Shown in pieces: positions 27,907 through 40,800 of a stretch of 64,000 nucleotides of DNA. Position 1 is the first letter of the stretch; each line of letters opens with the position of its first letter. Where the stretch lies: the NCBI GenBank assembly GCA_030295235.1, contig AP026133.1, positions 992,001 to 1,056,000 on the forward strand, read 5' to 3'. Origin of the DNA: Fistulifera solaris. Lineage: Eukaryota. The notes under the pieces are model-generated. The model was not told the origin of the DNA. It worked only from the letters and a program-made list of their open reading frames with translations, and did not search any database. Position numbers and translations under genes: made by a program.

Positions 27907-28910
27907 ATTTCTTGGTGCCGCAGGAGGACACATCTTGAATTCAGAGCATTGCAAGAATATTTGAAATTGTTGGTGCAAGCGCGTAATAAAGCTGGGCTAC
28001 ATTGTTTTTCGAGAGCACGTTATCAGTCTGGTCAAATACTACGACAGGAATGGTAACAGTTCTTCTTACTCATACGATTTGATCGATTCGATGCCGACTC
28101 ATAACGGCATGGCGACGCGGACCCGATGCAACGGTTTAGATGCGCTGCTAGTGCTCGTCCGATGGTACGCGTCGCGCAAATTTTCATCATCCGATTGTCA
28201 CCATGTGGACCGAAACGAATGGGAGGACAATTTGGCCGATGTGGATCCACGTGTATTCCAAGATTTTGTCTGGGGCGATGCCCCTCAGTGAGAGAGAGCT
28301 CAAAATCATATTGTTGTGATCTGGAGTTAAGCCGGATGTGGATGTCTCGAACGACAGACGACTCACTCGTAGCCATGCGAGGCAGCTACGAAAGAATCAT
28401 GTCGCTTTCTAGAGGGAATATTTGAATCCTTGGATGAGTCATCAACTGAAGTATGTTATGATAACATCAAATCTAGTTTCGATGGTGACGATAATGATTA
28501 GTTTTCACCGGGTGATTTGGTTGGAACGAATCGCCCGTAAGCTGTTTACGCTTCAGGTTCTATTCCAATTGGATGCTACCTTGGTCGAGTGCGCGTCTAT
28601 CTGTTCGAGAGCGGCCTTGTAAGACGACGCGAGAGAAAAGCAGAAAAGCGAATTCCATTCAAACAGTAGAATCCCACGGAACCGTACTGATTTCCTTCTC
28701 CATCGACAGGAACAACTGCTATTCAGTTGTCCAGATCAATGGGACCGGAATGAGGGACATGACCCTAACATTGGGTGACAAAACGCACGCTCCGAGTTGA
28801 CATCGATTCGATGTCTGCGCTTTTCCCTCTGCTTTTCGCTGGTGGTAAGATGGTAGCACTCCCTCTCGCCGTTTTGTGCATTCGGAAAGAAATCAAAGCC
28901 TTTTTGGAAG
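27907..28910 (+). repeat. Block B, left copy (inverted copy at 58490-59483)
   Basis: Starts tttcttggtgccgcaggagg (reverse complement of 59464-59483) and ends ...gcctttttggaag (reverse complement of ~58490-58502). Confidence 0.93.
27908..28291 (+). pseudogene. 5'-truncated duplicate of the 3' end of the gene at 59096-60749
   Basis: Encodes ...LIDSMPTHNGMATRTRCNGLDALLVLVRWYASRKFSSSDCHHVDRNEWEDNLADVDPRVFQDFVWGDAPQ*. It has no start and has indels upstream. Confidence 0.85.
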
Positions 28911-28939
28911 TTTTTGATAAAATTGTTAAGATTATTCGC

Positions 28940-30113
28940 TTATCTGCCTGGGATATCAATATTCGCCGTTACAGGCAGAGTTGTAAGAAGAACAGCCATG
29001 TCTTCATCGTCAAAATCATCATCACTGAAGTCGTCGTCATCTTCGTCATCGTCGTCATCGTCACTGTAATCATCGTCGTCCTCTTCCGAGCCGCTCTCTC
29101 TGTCATCATCCTTCTGCACAGAAGCAAGGTACTTGGCTTCTTCTGGTGTCAAACGCCCAGCTGCCACCATCTTCGCGAGATCTAAAGTCAAAGCATTTTT
29201 TGGATCTGGAATCGTAGTCCCGGTAGTCGTCTCCACTGTCAGATCTTTAGCCACCTCCGTTGCCCCTTCTTGCACAGGCCAGAAATCATCCTTATGCTCA
29301 TCTAAAAAGTTAATCCAATCACCCCAATGCTCTTTGCGCACATAGTTTAAAGGCGCATCTCCGCGAGCGTCAATCATGTGAAGCATTCGTGCATCCGCTT
29401 TGATCACAACTTGAGCTACATCCAAGGCAGGTTCTGGTGCCCAACAGGTATCGTGCAGAGGCGTTCGACCGTAATCATCGCACACTTGCAAGGTCGCCCC
29501 ATGCTCAAGTAAGGATTCTAACATTTCTTTACGACTGCGACGACAAACTGTGTGCACGATCGACTCCTTGTAATCATTACACGCGTTTGGCGATATGCCG
29601 CTTTCTACAATCTGTTTGAAATTGTCAACATCGTTCTTTCGCACAAGCCCGATGAGATAGACATCGTAGCTTGCCTTTTGCAACGGCGACGGAGTTTTCG
29701 AGTACGAGGTTTTCAAAGCTTCGATTTTCTCAGCAGAATATCCACGACTTTTTTAACAATGCATCGAGATATTGTTGAGGAGGGAGGGTTTTATCGATCT
29801 GTATAATGACACCAATGTGAGAGAGATGATTGAAATCTAGTTGACATACGCATACATAATGACTCACTCCTTTCTCGACCTTGCGTTTCTCTGCTTTCTT
29901 GTTCTGGGACGTCTTAGGGTTTCCTTCTTCTTTGGAAGTGTCCTTCTTTTGTTTTGGCTTTCGCTGCAAAAACCAGTTTTTCTTAAAGACTCTACTTCCG
30001 ACATTTTCCGGTGGGGGCTTGTGAACTTCTTTGCCGCGGTTCGAAGCCAAGAACACTGCTTGAAGCGTAAAAGGAATTCTAGACTGACGTGAAACAGGTG
30101 TGTTGCCAGCCAT
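28940..30113 (-). CDS. Ankyrin-repeat protein with acidic tail (diatom family); intron 29799-29867; frameshift near 29750
   Basis: PQQYLDALLKSRGYS...PSPLQKASY, GISPNACNDYKESIVHTVCRR, DDYGRTPLHDTCW, GDAPLNYVRKEHW, then a poly-Asp tail. Confidence 0.85.
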
Positions 30114-30609
30114 TGTGTTTATCTTCTCTGTTTCGTTTGAAGATGCTTTGTAGAAAGGTTGTGATGTGATGCAAGATAAAAGGTTTTACTCTTGCACTGC
30201 GTACCTTTGTATTGTTGTTGTGTTGACCGTTGACGTTTGACGTTGACATGCGCCGTATTTTTCCTGTTTCTCCGATTTTGTACACGTGGTCACTGGTCAT
30301 AAAGTTCCACGTTTGATTTTCTGACGAGAAGATAGTCTTTAACTGTAGTCTTGCAAATGCCCTTCAAGTAGTCATCGCTGATTACTACAGTCGATAGTAC
30401 AACGAACTCAGAATACGGTACTCCCTTTCGGAGTTTTCTCTCTTATTCTCTTGTTACAGTATATATACTGGTGCGACAAGAGCACAATATGGCTTCTGTT
30501 GAAGTTGTTGCCACCGTTGTTGTGTCGCCGCTTCTTTCGCGTTTTAAATTTACAAAAGAAGTTATTTACAAACATCATTATACCGAGACCCAGCAGCCTG
30601 ACGAATCAA

Positions 30610-31583
30610 ATGAATAGCAACAATAATACGAAAGACGTGGCATCCATGTCGGCTGCTCGCAACCCCTCCAAAACAGCCCCAGCGGTTACACAGCGCGACG
30701 GATTCGATCTCATTCCGACGACACCCATCGTCTGGGATGTTAGCGTTGACCGGAATCCAAACACAGGAAAAATGTGGAGTGATATTACGTACTCCAAATC
30801 CACAAAAGATGCTGCAGCTCGTATTGCCTTTGACAGGGCTTCAAAGTTACACGCCTTTCGACCTACTACGATACGGGAAATTCAACACGCTCTTGAAGAT
30901 GCCACAGAAGATCCAGCAATCGCCGTGATTCTCATTACCAGCAATACCAACGATCAGGAATACACACCCGCCTTTTGTGCCGGAGGTGACCAGACGGTCC
31001 GTTCCGATGGTGGAGGATACCAGGACGGCACCGAAACTCTCCCCAAATTGCGCGTCCTCGATTTGCAAGTACAAATGCGTCGCTGTCCCAAGCCCATTAT
31101 GGCCGTTGTACGTGGGTATGCCGTGGGGGTGGACACATTCTGCACATGCTCTGTGATTTGACTATAGCATCTACCGAAACGGCCGTTTTTGGACAGACGG
31201 GTCCTCGTATGGGCAGCTTTGATGCTGGTTATGGCAGCGTGCATGCCGCTGATTTAATGGGCCAGAAGCGAGCACGGGAACTCTGGTTCTTATGTCGATA
31301 CTATAATGCGGAACAAGCACAAGAGATGGGTTTGATCAATGCACATTATCCCGACGCAGAATTAGACGGACGCACCGCGCAGTGGGTCCGAAGAATGGTT
31401 ATGAATTCACCAACAGCCTTGGCGTGTTGCAAGGCGGCTTTGAATGCTGGACAAGACGGAGCTGCTGGAATTGCACAGATGGGAGGAGAGCTCACGCGGT
31501 TGTTCTATTTGAGTAAAGAATCACAAGAGGGACGACAAGCTTTCTTAGAGAAACGTGCGCCACATTTTCGAAGTAAATTATAA
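30610..31583 (+). CDS. menB: 1,4-dihydroxy-2-naphthoyl-CoA synthase with C-terminal SKL (frameshift near 31127)
   Basis: AFCAGGDQTVR, LRVLDLQVQMRRCPKP, GYAVGGGHILHMLCDLT (after adding one G), FGQTGPRMGSFDAGYG, GQKRARELWFLC, ESQEGRQAFLEKR, ending in SKL*. Confidence 0.94.
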
Positions 31584-32170
31584 GATCTTGAGGGACTGAG
31601 TGGGTCGTCTCTAATAATGCAAGTATGCGCTAATTATTACCAGAGTCTTAGAGAAGGCGAATCATCAGTTTGTCGATTTCGAGATTTATACCTGTGTTAT
31701 GGCAAACAGGACACTAGTGGAAAGCGAAAAGAAGTTTATTTAGCTTCAACCGAATAAGGTTTAGGTAGGTTTTACAGACTACTACGTAGAGTATTGCTGC
31801 TGGACCTGGACTGAGTCGAGAAACCACCGTCTCCAACGTTCAAGTCACGGTGTTAAACCAAGTCCCGATCCTTGCCTCACCGGTACCGTTGATTCTATTT
31901 ATTTTCAAAGTGGGCTCGGCGTGCGCCTCCCGCCAAAGTACTCACTCGCGATCTCCGCGCTCGAAACTATCTCTTTTGCCCCTTTCATTCATGTCATTTC
32001 GTCTATCGTCTGCTTCCCTTCAAGAACTAAAGTAATTCAGAGTGTTCATCTCTCATTTTTTCGCAAGCATCACCGAGTAATCAGTCTGCCTTGCGTCGCA
32101 CATTTTGGAAGTGATCGAACAAGGACACGCCAACTTGCTAACGTGGAGACGAACGTGTGCATCATACATC

Positions 32171-35100
32171 ATGCCGACACTCGAGACGATTGAAGTACCC
32201 ATCGAGCCTTTAAAGCCCGAGCAAACGAAACAGGCCAAAAGGACGACCGTACAGCTAAGCATGTGACCCCTCCTACGGAACTAAAGGAGACAACGCAGCC
32301 GAAGAAATCGAAGCAGCTAGGATTGACTGCCTTCTTCGCAAAAGCTCCGAAAGCCAAGCCACCGGTTCATGAAACCCCAACGTTGGACCCAGCTCGACGC
32401 ACTTCTCTGGTCAACATTGTGGTTGGTCGTACTGCTAGCACGACGAATGATCCTACGAAAAAACTTGACTTTGACAAGAAAGATTCGGCCGCAGGGAGTG
32501 TTCCTTCAGCAGACACTGGTCCAGCGAAGAAGAAGCAGAAACGAGACCATTCAGTGGACGATGAGAAGCTCGCGGCCTCAATTGCACAGACAAATAGTAC
32601 TCCACTTGTTGTAGAGAAGAGCCAAACGGTAAATCCTGAGTCTCCGGAGGTTGTGGGACAGCCGATCGTCGACAAAAGCACACAAAACGAGTCGGTGTCA
32701 AACAGCCAAGCTCGCGCTTCGGACCCCGAAGGAACAGACTCTATAGTTGTCACTGAAAAACCCGAGCTTCAGCCAAAGATCAAGATCCCAGTGACAAAGC
32801 AAAACACCGCGGAAAACACGACACCAAGATTCTACAAAGTTGGTGAGCGCTTGGAAGTTCTGTGGACCGTTCAATCGCCCAGTGACGAAGAAAAGGTTGA
32901 AAAACGTTGGTGGGGTGCAACACTGTGCGAAGATAACGGCGAAACAATGATCGTCGAGTACGACCCGTTCCCCGAAGGCGGCTTTGACGAAGTGTCACGG
33001 GAAACCGTCACGTTGAAGAGTCAACACGCACTCTTATGCGATGGAGAAGTGATGTCCGTTCGTCGTGAAGGCGAAACTTGGAACAGCAGCGACGAGTCGG
33101 CACAGGACGATTCAAGCGAAGACGATAAGCGCCACACCATGTTGAAGAAGTACACGGATCGTGCGAAGGAGCTCTTTGCAGTCTTCAAAGAATCGCTTGG
33201 TTCCGAGCCGCTGCTCAATATCGTCCTTCCCGTAGAAGCTGTTTCTACGGATGGAGAGTCCAGCGGTTTTCCCGACTTTGCGATTAAAACCCTGACAGCG
33301 CTGATCGAAGGACGAACGGAACCATTGAGTGTCTTGGCCTGCATCGCGTCGGAACAACTCAATGCGACGTACGACAGAACGTTTTCACTCGAAGAAACGA
33401 GCTCGAAAATCAAAGTGATTGCTACGAGAAAGAACATATTGAAAGATCTGTCCATTGTTGCAAGCGAGAACTCGGTAGCACCAATTGATTCGTTTGAGGA
33501 TGAGTCTCCTTTTTGGCGTTGGGAGGTGACGGTTGTTGATCTGCTTCCAACAGACTCCTTGTCGCGCGTGAAAAAGGCGAGGTCTTCTCACAAGAAGATT
33601 TCATCGCACTGGAATGCCATTGTCAAGCTTGTAAAGGCACTTCAGAACCGCTCGTTGAACGACAAAGCGTGGATTAGAATCACACAAGACGAAGAAAAAT
33701 TTCTGAAGTTCGAACGCGAGGAAGAAAAGGCACGCCTTGTTGCGCAAGCGAAAATCAGCAAACAGCAAGGACAAGAAAAGTTAAAAAAGCAGGACCAAGT
33801 GAGCTCCGCAAAAAAAGCCCAAGAAGAAGAGACCGCGCGTCTCAAAGAAGAGAAACTTTTGCTCAAGAAGGAAGCGACAGCCGAGAAGCAACGCAAGAAG
33901 GAAGAAGCCGAGAAAGTCAAACTTCAGAAGCAACTTGAAAAGGAGAACAAAGAACGTGAGAAGCTTCGCAAGGAGGAACTCTTAGCGAAACAGCAACGTA
34001 ATCTCATGTCTATGTTTGTTCCCAAGAAGAAAGAAGAAGCCGCGTTAGATCAGAGCAATGCGCCAAAGGGGAAACCAATACCCGATGGAGGACGAGAAGC
34101 CGAGTTCGACGTAGAAGCATTTCGTGTTCGAATTGCATCTGATTCGTATACAAGTCCAACGAACCCTTTCAAACGACGATCGAAACTGGCTCGACTGAAC
34201 AAAAAAGCTGTAACTCGTCGAGTAACGATTACTGTCGATGTCACCGTATTCCCCGACAACCTTTTCGAAGCTGAAGCATATTCTGAAAGAAGGGATGTTG
34301 AGGTTCTCAATAAGTACAAATTTTTCTCGTTTCACGAAGATGTCAGGCCACCGTACTACGGCACATGGAGTAAGCCGAGCACGATTGTGACAGGGCGTTC
34401 GCCGTTCAAGCGAGATACCGCTTTCCTGGACTACGAATACGACAGCGAGGGAGAGTGGGAAGAAGGCGACGACGAAACCGGAGAAGATTGTGACGATGAC
34501 GCGTGTGACGAAGACGAGGAGAAAGATGAAGAACACGATGACGAAGACGGTTGGCTCGCTGATGACGACGAAATTCCGGAAGATTTAGACGAAGAGACGA
34601 AGGAACGCTTACGAAAACAGCTTGAGACCAAGAAGAGAGGAGTCACCGGTGAATTGATTGTTTGCATCATTGCACCTGTGGATGGAAAACCAATCACTTT
34701 TGATGGTGATGACGTGCCTTCTTTAGTCGTCGAGGGTTTTTCACCAGCAGAAGCTAAGGAGATCATGATTTCCCATGCAGCAGAAAATCCCGAACAAACA
34801 ATTGAGCTGTGCATCGACCCTTTCCCGACTTTCCTCATGGATGAGCCGGCAGCAGAAAGTCCCAATCACGACGGAAACCAAGTCAAAGAACCCAGCCTCG
34901 AAGACCAAAGAACGTTTGCTCAATTTGTGCACAACTCAACGATTGCTTCGAAGGAAAAACTAATTGAGGAGCTGCGATCTTTGCATCCCCAAGTGACATC
35001 TAGTCGAGCACAAGCTGTTCGAATGCTTTGCAACACTGCAGAGAAAATCAAAAGCACCTGGCGAGTGAAGCCTTCCTATTTGGAACAACTGGGTTTGGAA

Positions 35101-35586
35101 CATTTATCCGAAGCTAAGATAGCCCGTGAGAGTCAAGAAGAAGAGTTGATGAGAATTATCGCTCGATCTATCCATCATGAAACCTATCCTTCGAAAGACA
35201 AAGCGGTCGATGAGCTTCGCTTAAAAAGTGAAGTCCTGTTAGCCACGAGCCGGACTGAGTGCTTACGTATCCTAGACATAGTTGCAACCAAGAAGAAAAT
35301 GTCGGGTGGCGGTTTCTTCTGGACTGTCAAAGGTAATATCCAGTCCAAGCTGGATCTTACTGATTTACCACAAGGCGCACCGGTCAGGAAGCCTGGCAAC
35401 GACCGCAAGGGGACCACTCCGATCCACGCCGCAGGAGGCGACCACACAATGAGCTCCTCTGAAAAATTGACTGATAACCAAGAGCTAGCGGACTGCAGTA
35501 CGAAGAAACGCAAGGGAAGCTCTAGTGGCAATGATGGGTCCGCGAAACTGATGGAATCTTTCGTGAAACGATCTAAAGCATCTTAA
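32171..35586 (+). CDS. CHAF1A: Chromatin assembly factor 1 large subunit (p150/CAC1/FAS1); probable frameshift near 32238
   Basis: KER coiled coil, PIP-like motifs QLGLTAFF and QRNLMSMF, signature FHEDVRPPYYGTWSK...LDYEYDSEGEWEE, ED-rich tract, C-terminal winged-helix-like units. Confidence 0.9.
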
Positions 35587-35680
35587 ACAACCGGACTATT
35601 GCCATGAATAGACTTAAGAATGTGAGTTGGACACTCTATAATGCTGATCTAGCCATGCATCCTGCCATTCGATTAGCTCG

Positions 35681-36334
35681 TTATTTCATTCTATAGATAT
35701 GGGTGCCTTCCAGGCTGGTGTTCACAGGGGTCCATCCTGGAACTGAAAAAACATTCGAAACAACAAGTGACCCCGATGGCAATTCTTTTCTAATTTCTGC
35801 CCTAGCTCTTTCATGATAGGGCCCAGGCCGTACTAGAGTTTAAAAGAAGCAAGAAAATGAGAAAAATTGGTACATTGCACCATATGCAGAGAGATCAGAG
35901 CTGACTTACAACAGCCACAACATCCACTTCGCTGAGGTCCGCCGTCCAGAGATCTTGCCAATAAAACCGGGTGGATGCCCAATACTTAGGTCCGCGAACA
36001 AACCTTTGACCCTGGGAGAAAATGTAAAGAAACGGATTACTTTCGTAACCGATACTCAGTCGAAACGTTTGAGCAGCCGCAAAACTAACCGACCATCACC
36101 ACTACCAAGATCGACGAACACTTCTTTCTTTCTCCCGACGGTTTGTTGAAGTTGTCGAAACATGGCTTCTCTATGAGTTCGAAATGTTGGTAAGTAGGGA
36201 GCTCCCCGACCCCGCAAAACGGGTGGTAAACTTGCCAGCATGGCAATATTCAACACGAAGAACGCCCCCAAGCCGTAAAATACTGCTGGACTTATTCCTC
36301 CGCTCTCCGTTTTATCCCCGCCATTATCAGACAT
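35681..36334 (-). CDS. FAM173/ATPSCKMT-like SAM-dependent lysine methyltransferase; intron 35833-35909; frameshift near 36082
   Basis: N-terminal TM segment, GAPYLPT, VDLGSGDGRLV, IGYESNP, DLWTADLS, YGLGPIM...KLEKEL...VVSNVFSVPGW. Confidence 0.82.
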
Positions 36335-37037
36335 GGAAAGCTTATTCGCACACCCGATTAGTGAAGGGTTAAGAGGCAAGCTTTAGTCTAGCCGAAAGTC
36401 AGACTGTAACATGAATGATTGGCATGAGTTGCACCGTTTGCTAAAGATTTCGGTTGCGAGATGTCTTTCGTGACTAGCTAGAAAGTAAAAGTCCGGATGA
36501 TTCGTGATTAATGCGAGGTTCGAGGAGCGATAGGGTTAGCTGTTAGCTGTTACGTGTTGAGTGCCTTTTGCACTTTGCACCTTATCGTTATCGCGTACGT
36601 AGTACATATAGTAGATACAATAGTGTACGTGTAGTGGACGTTAAATGGGCGTCAAATGACTGTTCACTTCAACAATACTATCGCTGTAAAAGCACTAATT
36701 ATGTTAAACTTACCTAATGTGATCGTAGTTCTTATTAATTGTGACTCCGGATCAACACTCGCTTAATTTTCTTTTGCCTTGCATCATCATAGTCCATGGA
36801 AGAACGGTATCCAAGAACTGTGATACAAAATGATTGCACCCACGGATCCGTGACTACATCCACTTTATTGTACTACGTATGTGATGTGGGAACTCTCACA
36901 CTTCGGCTCACATCAAACACTTCCAACTTCCAAGCAAGTGCATTGCCTGCAACTATTCTTTCTCATCGTATATCTTGCTCACCATGCTGGATCCAGCGTA
37001 GAATCTTGTCTGAAAACATCCATTTGACGAGAGAACT

Positions 37038-37769
37038 ATGAATATGCTAAGCGCTTTGCCATTCAAAGGCGATAATTTCCAAGACGCGAACGAAAATGTG
37101 ATTTGTTGCGACAAGAAACGACGTCTAACTCGACAATTGCGATCCTCCTCTGTGACTTCTATTACAACTGCCGTAACTTGCAGCTCGTCAATTTACTCTT
37201 CTTGTAGATCACTAACAATCACATCGGTAAAGAATGAAGCTAAATGTCGAAAGCGACGAGTTTATTTTGACGAAACAATTGAAGAATATTCTCCCACACT
37301 ACATGTTCGACATGGCGACCTCCAAGAATTATGGTACACGGAAAACGATTACAAGCATTTTCGTAGCATCGCGCAGAACGAAGGCCGCGTCTATCGACAA
37401 AGCGCTGAAATTGTTCGCGACATTCAAGCCGTTTATGAAGTACGAGGAAACTTGTTGCAAGCAACCCTAGCCTCTCATGCGAGCTGCGAAGAAGACATGA
37501 CAATCGAAAAAGCTGTGCAAGCTCTGGGATCAGGAGTACGCGGTTTAGAGGTTTCTATATTGAAGCAGTTGAGCAAAGATCGAAGAGCAGTTATCAAGGG
37601 CGTTCTTGACATGCAGGCCAAGTTCCCAGGTGGAGTATCTGCTAATGAACAAACATTAGCCATCGCTGCAAAAGCTCGCTTTTTGTCCAGACGGTTTCGT
37701 CAATTTGCTTTAGTCCAAGGCAAAGCGGACGCTATTACTCTCAGTAACCCAGAGTATGGGGAGAAATAA
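37038..37769 (+). CDS. Diatom-family hypothetical protein (KRRVYF...ELWYT...RGLE)
   Basis: Intact 243-aa ORF with the recurrent diatom pattern RVxF / LWY / RGLE / ARFLS..FA. Confidence 0.7.
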   Translation: MNMLSALPFKGDNFQDANENVICCDKKRRLTRQLRSSSVTSITTAVTCSSSIYSSCRSLTITSVKNEAKCRKRRVYFDETIEEYSPTLHVRHGDLQELWYTENDYKHFRSIAQNEGRVYRQSAEIVRDIQAVYEVRGNLLQATLASHASCEEDMTIEKAVQALGSGVRGLEVSILKQLSKDRRAVIKGVLDMQAKFPGGVSANEQTLAIAAKARFLSRRFRQFALVQGKADAITLSNPEYGEK

Positions 37770-37891
37770 ATCTGCTAGCAAGTTTTGGAAACGCACTGCA
37801 GTGGGCTTGTATTAGAAAAGCTACTAGAATGCAAAGCATTCACAAATAACATTAATAGAACAATAATAATGAGGTACTAAAACATCACAAG

Positions 37892-40800
37892 CTAACCGTT
37901 GTGGTTGCTTTGAGTGCTGTTCATGGCTTTGGATTTCAAGTATCGCTTGCGGATGTACTTGCGCAAAGCGTCTCGTTCAATCGACCGCCTTTCATCGGAA
38001 ACAATAGCTTCTGGCCTACTTTGGGATGGCCCTGATTCAATGCTGCTTCCATCAAAATCATTCAACCAGTCATTAGTGTGACCAAAGTCAGCGGAGTTAG
38101 TCGACATAGATTCGATCTGTTCAAGCTTTGTGGAGGCTGTATCGTCAAATTTGGCAAACGTGTCAAAACCGTGTGGATCAAAAGAGGTCTCGAGAGGTTG
38201 GAAGGTGTCGCGATCAAAGCCGAAACCGTTGCTCCTACTCTTTGCGGGCTTCTCTTCAGACCCCTTCTCGCCTTTCTGCTTAAACTCGGCGATTTGGAGC
38301 TTTTCCTTAAGCGCTGAGCATTCTACCTTTCGATCGTGGATTTCACGTTCCAGCAAAACAATTTTTTTCTGCAAGTCTTCGTTTTTGCCTGTAACGAAGT
38401 CGACCATCTTGTTGAGTTCCACTATTCTCGCGGATAGCTCGGAATTGTTCTCGCGGTCCTTGACACGTGACTTAATCTCTTGCGCGGAGGCAAGAGCTTT
38501 CGTTGCTATTACTTTGGCGTGATCGAGCTCTTCTTCTCGCTTGCGAAGAAGTGATGCAAGATTCTCGATCTCTTCTTCACGGCTTTGGACCTCATTGATC
38601 ACCTCCTCGAGTGCATTGATTACTTCGGATCGTTCGTTGCTCGTTTTTAAAAACTTGTCTTCAAGTTCCATTTTAGCTTTCTCGACTTCCTGTAGTTTCT
38701 CTTCGATCCTCTTCTTCGTTTTTCCTGCATCGATACAGAGTGAACGCTCAATTTCTAATGATTTCTCGAGAGATGCCACCCGTTCCTTCAACCCTGCTAT
38801 GTCTGAATTCGACTCAGAAATTTTTGCAGCTTCTGAACGTCTCCTTGAGTCTTCTAATTGACTTATGGTTTTGGATTGTTCTGCGACCTGCTTTTCTAAG
38901 CAAGTGATTTCTCGTGTGTGACGATCCGTCATATCAACGATGCGCTTCTCTTTGCTTTCTACAGCTTTTTCTGCACTCTCAACTTTGAGACGAAGAGCGC
39001 GTCGATCCTTCATTGCTTCATCTAATTTCGATTGCTGATCAACTTGTACAGCCGTAAGCTCGCGTTCTTTCTCGCGTAGTCTTTCTTCAAGAAAGTCGAT
39101 CTTTTCTCGAAGCTCCTGCTTCTCTTCAAGCTGCCGGCTAAGTTTCAACTGCAGGTCTGTCACATCGTCGGAGTACTGACTGGAGGTGGCACTGATAAAG
39201 TCAGTCTTTTGGGATAGCTGTGTTATGGTTTCGTTAAGCTTCGATTGCAAAAATTCCTTTGCCTCTAATGATTCTCGCAGCTGCTTTCGCACCTCACTCA
39301 TCTCTTTGGAATGTTTTTCCGAAGAATCTCTGAAGTATTTTTCTCGCTCTTCCAACTCTTCTTCGGCGGACTGCAATTTTGTTTCAAGAATGGCTTTCGT
39401 TTTTGTGAGTTCTTCAACTTTAGTATGCAGTTCAATCGGAAACTCGTTCTCGGCTTCAAGAAGCTTCTTTCTGCAAATTCTCAAGTCCAGCTCAGTCTTC
39501 TCCAGCTTCAACTGAAATTCTTGATTTTTGTCGCTCAGTTCCTTGTTCCGTTCAATAAGCTCCACTTGTCGTTCACTCATTCCAGACTTGGAATTGAGCT
39601 CGCTTTCAAGGGCTCTGACTCTTTCTTGAAGTGCGAGCTTTGATGCAGTATGGCTTTCAACCTTGTCTTTAAATTCGTCAACGGTGGCGTTATACTTTTT
39701 CGTGGAACGATCAAGCTGCCTGACCTTTCGTTCAAGCTCACCCTCTACACGACCAAGCTGTGCCTGCAAGTCTTCTCTACCTCTAATTAAGTCCTTTAGT
39801 TGAGCCTGTAGCTTCGGGAGGCGAGTGAGCTGGTGCTCCTTTAATTCCAGATCAGCCTGTGTGTCACCCAATCGTTCTATTAAAGTCTCTTTCGCTCTAC
39901 GCTCTTCTTCTAACTTCTCTTGCAGTTCTCTCAACGTTGAAGCGAACCTTTCATTTACATCATTGACTTGCTTATCTCGTAGTTGTAGTTCCGCTGCAAG
40001 ATGGCTGTGCTCATCAGCTTTTTCGCTAATGTCATTTAAACGATCAAGAGCTTCTTCGTATTCTTTTTGGATTTTGTTGATCTCTAGCACATGCTCTACC
40101 TTTTCCTTTTCTGCCTTGTTCAGTAGTTCCTTGGTCTCAATTAGCTCTTGTTCAAGTTCTTCAAGGCGATCGACCTTCTTCATCAACTGAAGTACCTCTT
40201 CCTTCTTTTTGAGCAATTCGTCAGCCTTGCCTTCAAGATCCTGGCGCTGGATTTCGTATTTGCTATTCATATCAGTCATTTCCGACTTAAGCTTCGACAA
40301 TTCAATCTGAGAATCACTTGCGTGAGCGACGGATTGTTCACTAACAACACGGAGCTTGTCTTGCAGTTCAATGATACGATCGCGCTTCTGCTGAAGCTTT
40401 GATTCCAGCGTTTCCAGCTTGAGTTCGCTCTTTTTAACTTTTCTTGTTGTGCAAAAGCTTCACTCTCGTATTTAGCTGCTTGCTGTTCGGCTGCCTTTAG
40501 CTTTTGTTCGAACGCGGCGAGCTCGACTCGCAAAGATGAGCATATACTTTCATGATTTTGTTTTTCATCCTCGAAGACTCTCTTAAGCTGTTCGTTTGCG
40601 CTTTTTATTTCTTCCATCTCCTCTAGTTTACTATCGCTGGATCTTCTCAGCGATAACCGGGTTTCAAGCATCGCGGCCTTACTCTTTCCAGTTGTTGCTC
40701 AAGGTCAGAAATTCTAGTTTCCAGATCAATTTTCCTATCGTTCCAATCATTCTCTCGATTCTCCATATCTTTTCGAAGAGCTTCTTCAGAGGACTGCAGC

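Noticed and set aside
31790..31860. tRNA-like B box (gttcaagtc)
   Set aside because: No cloverleaf stems or A box could be formed.
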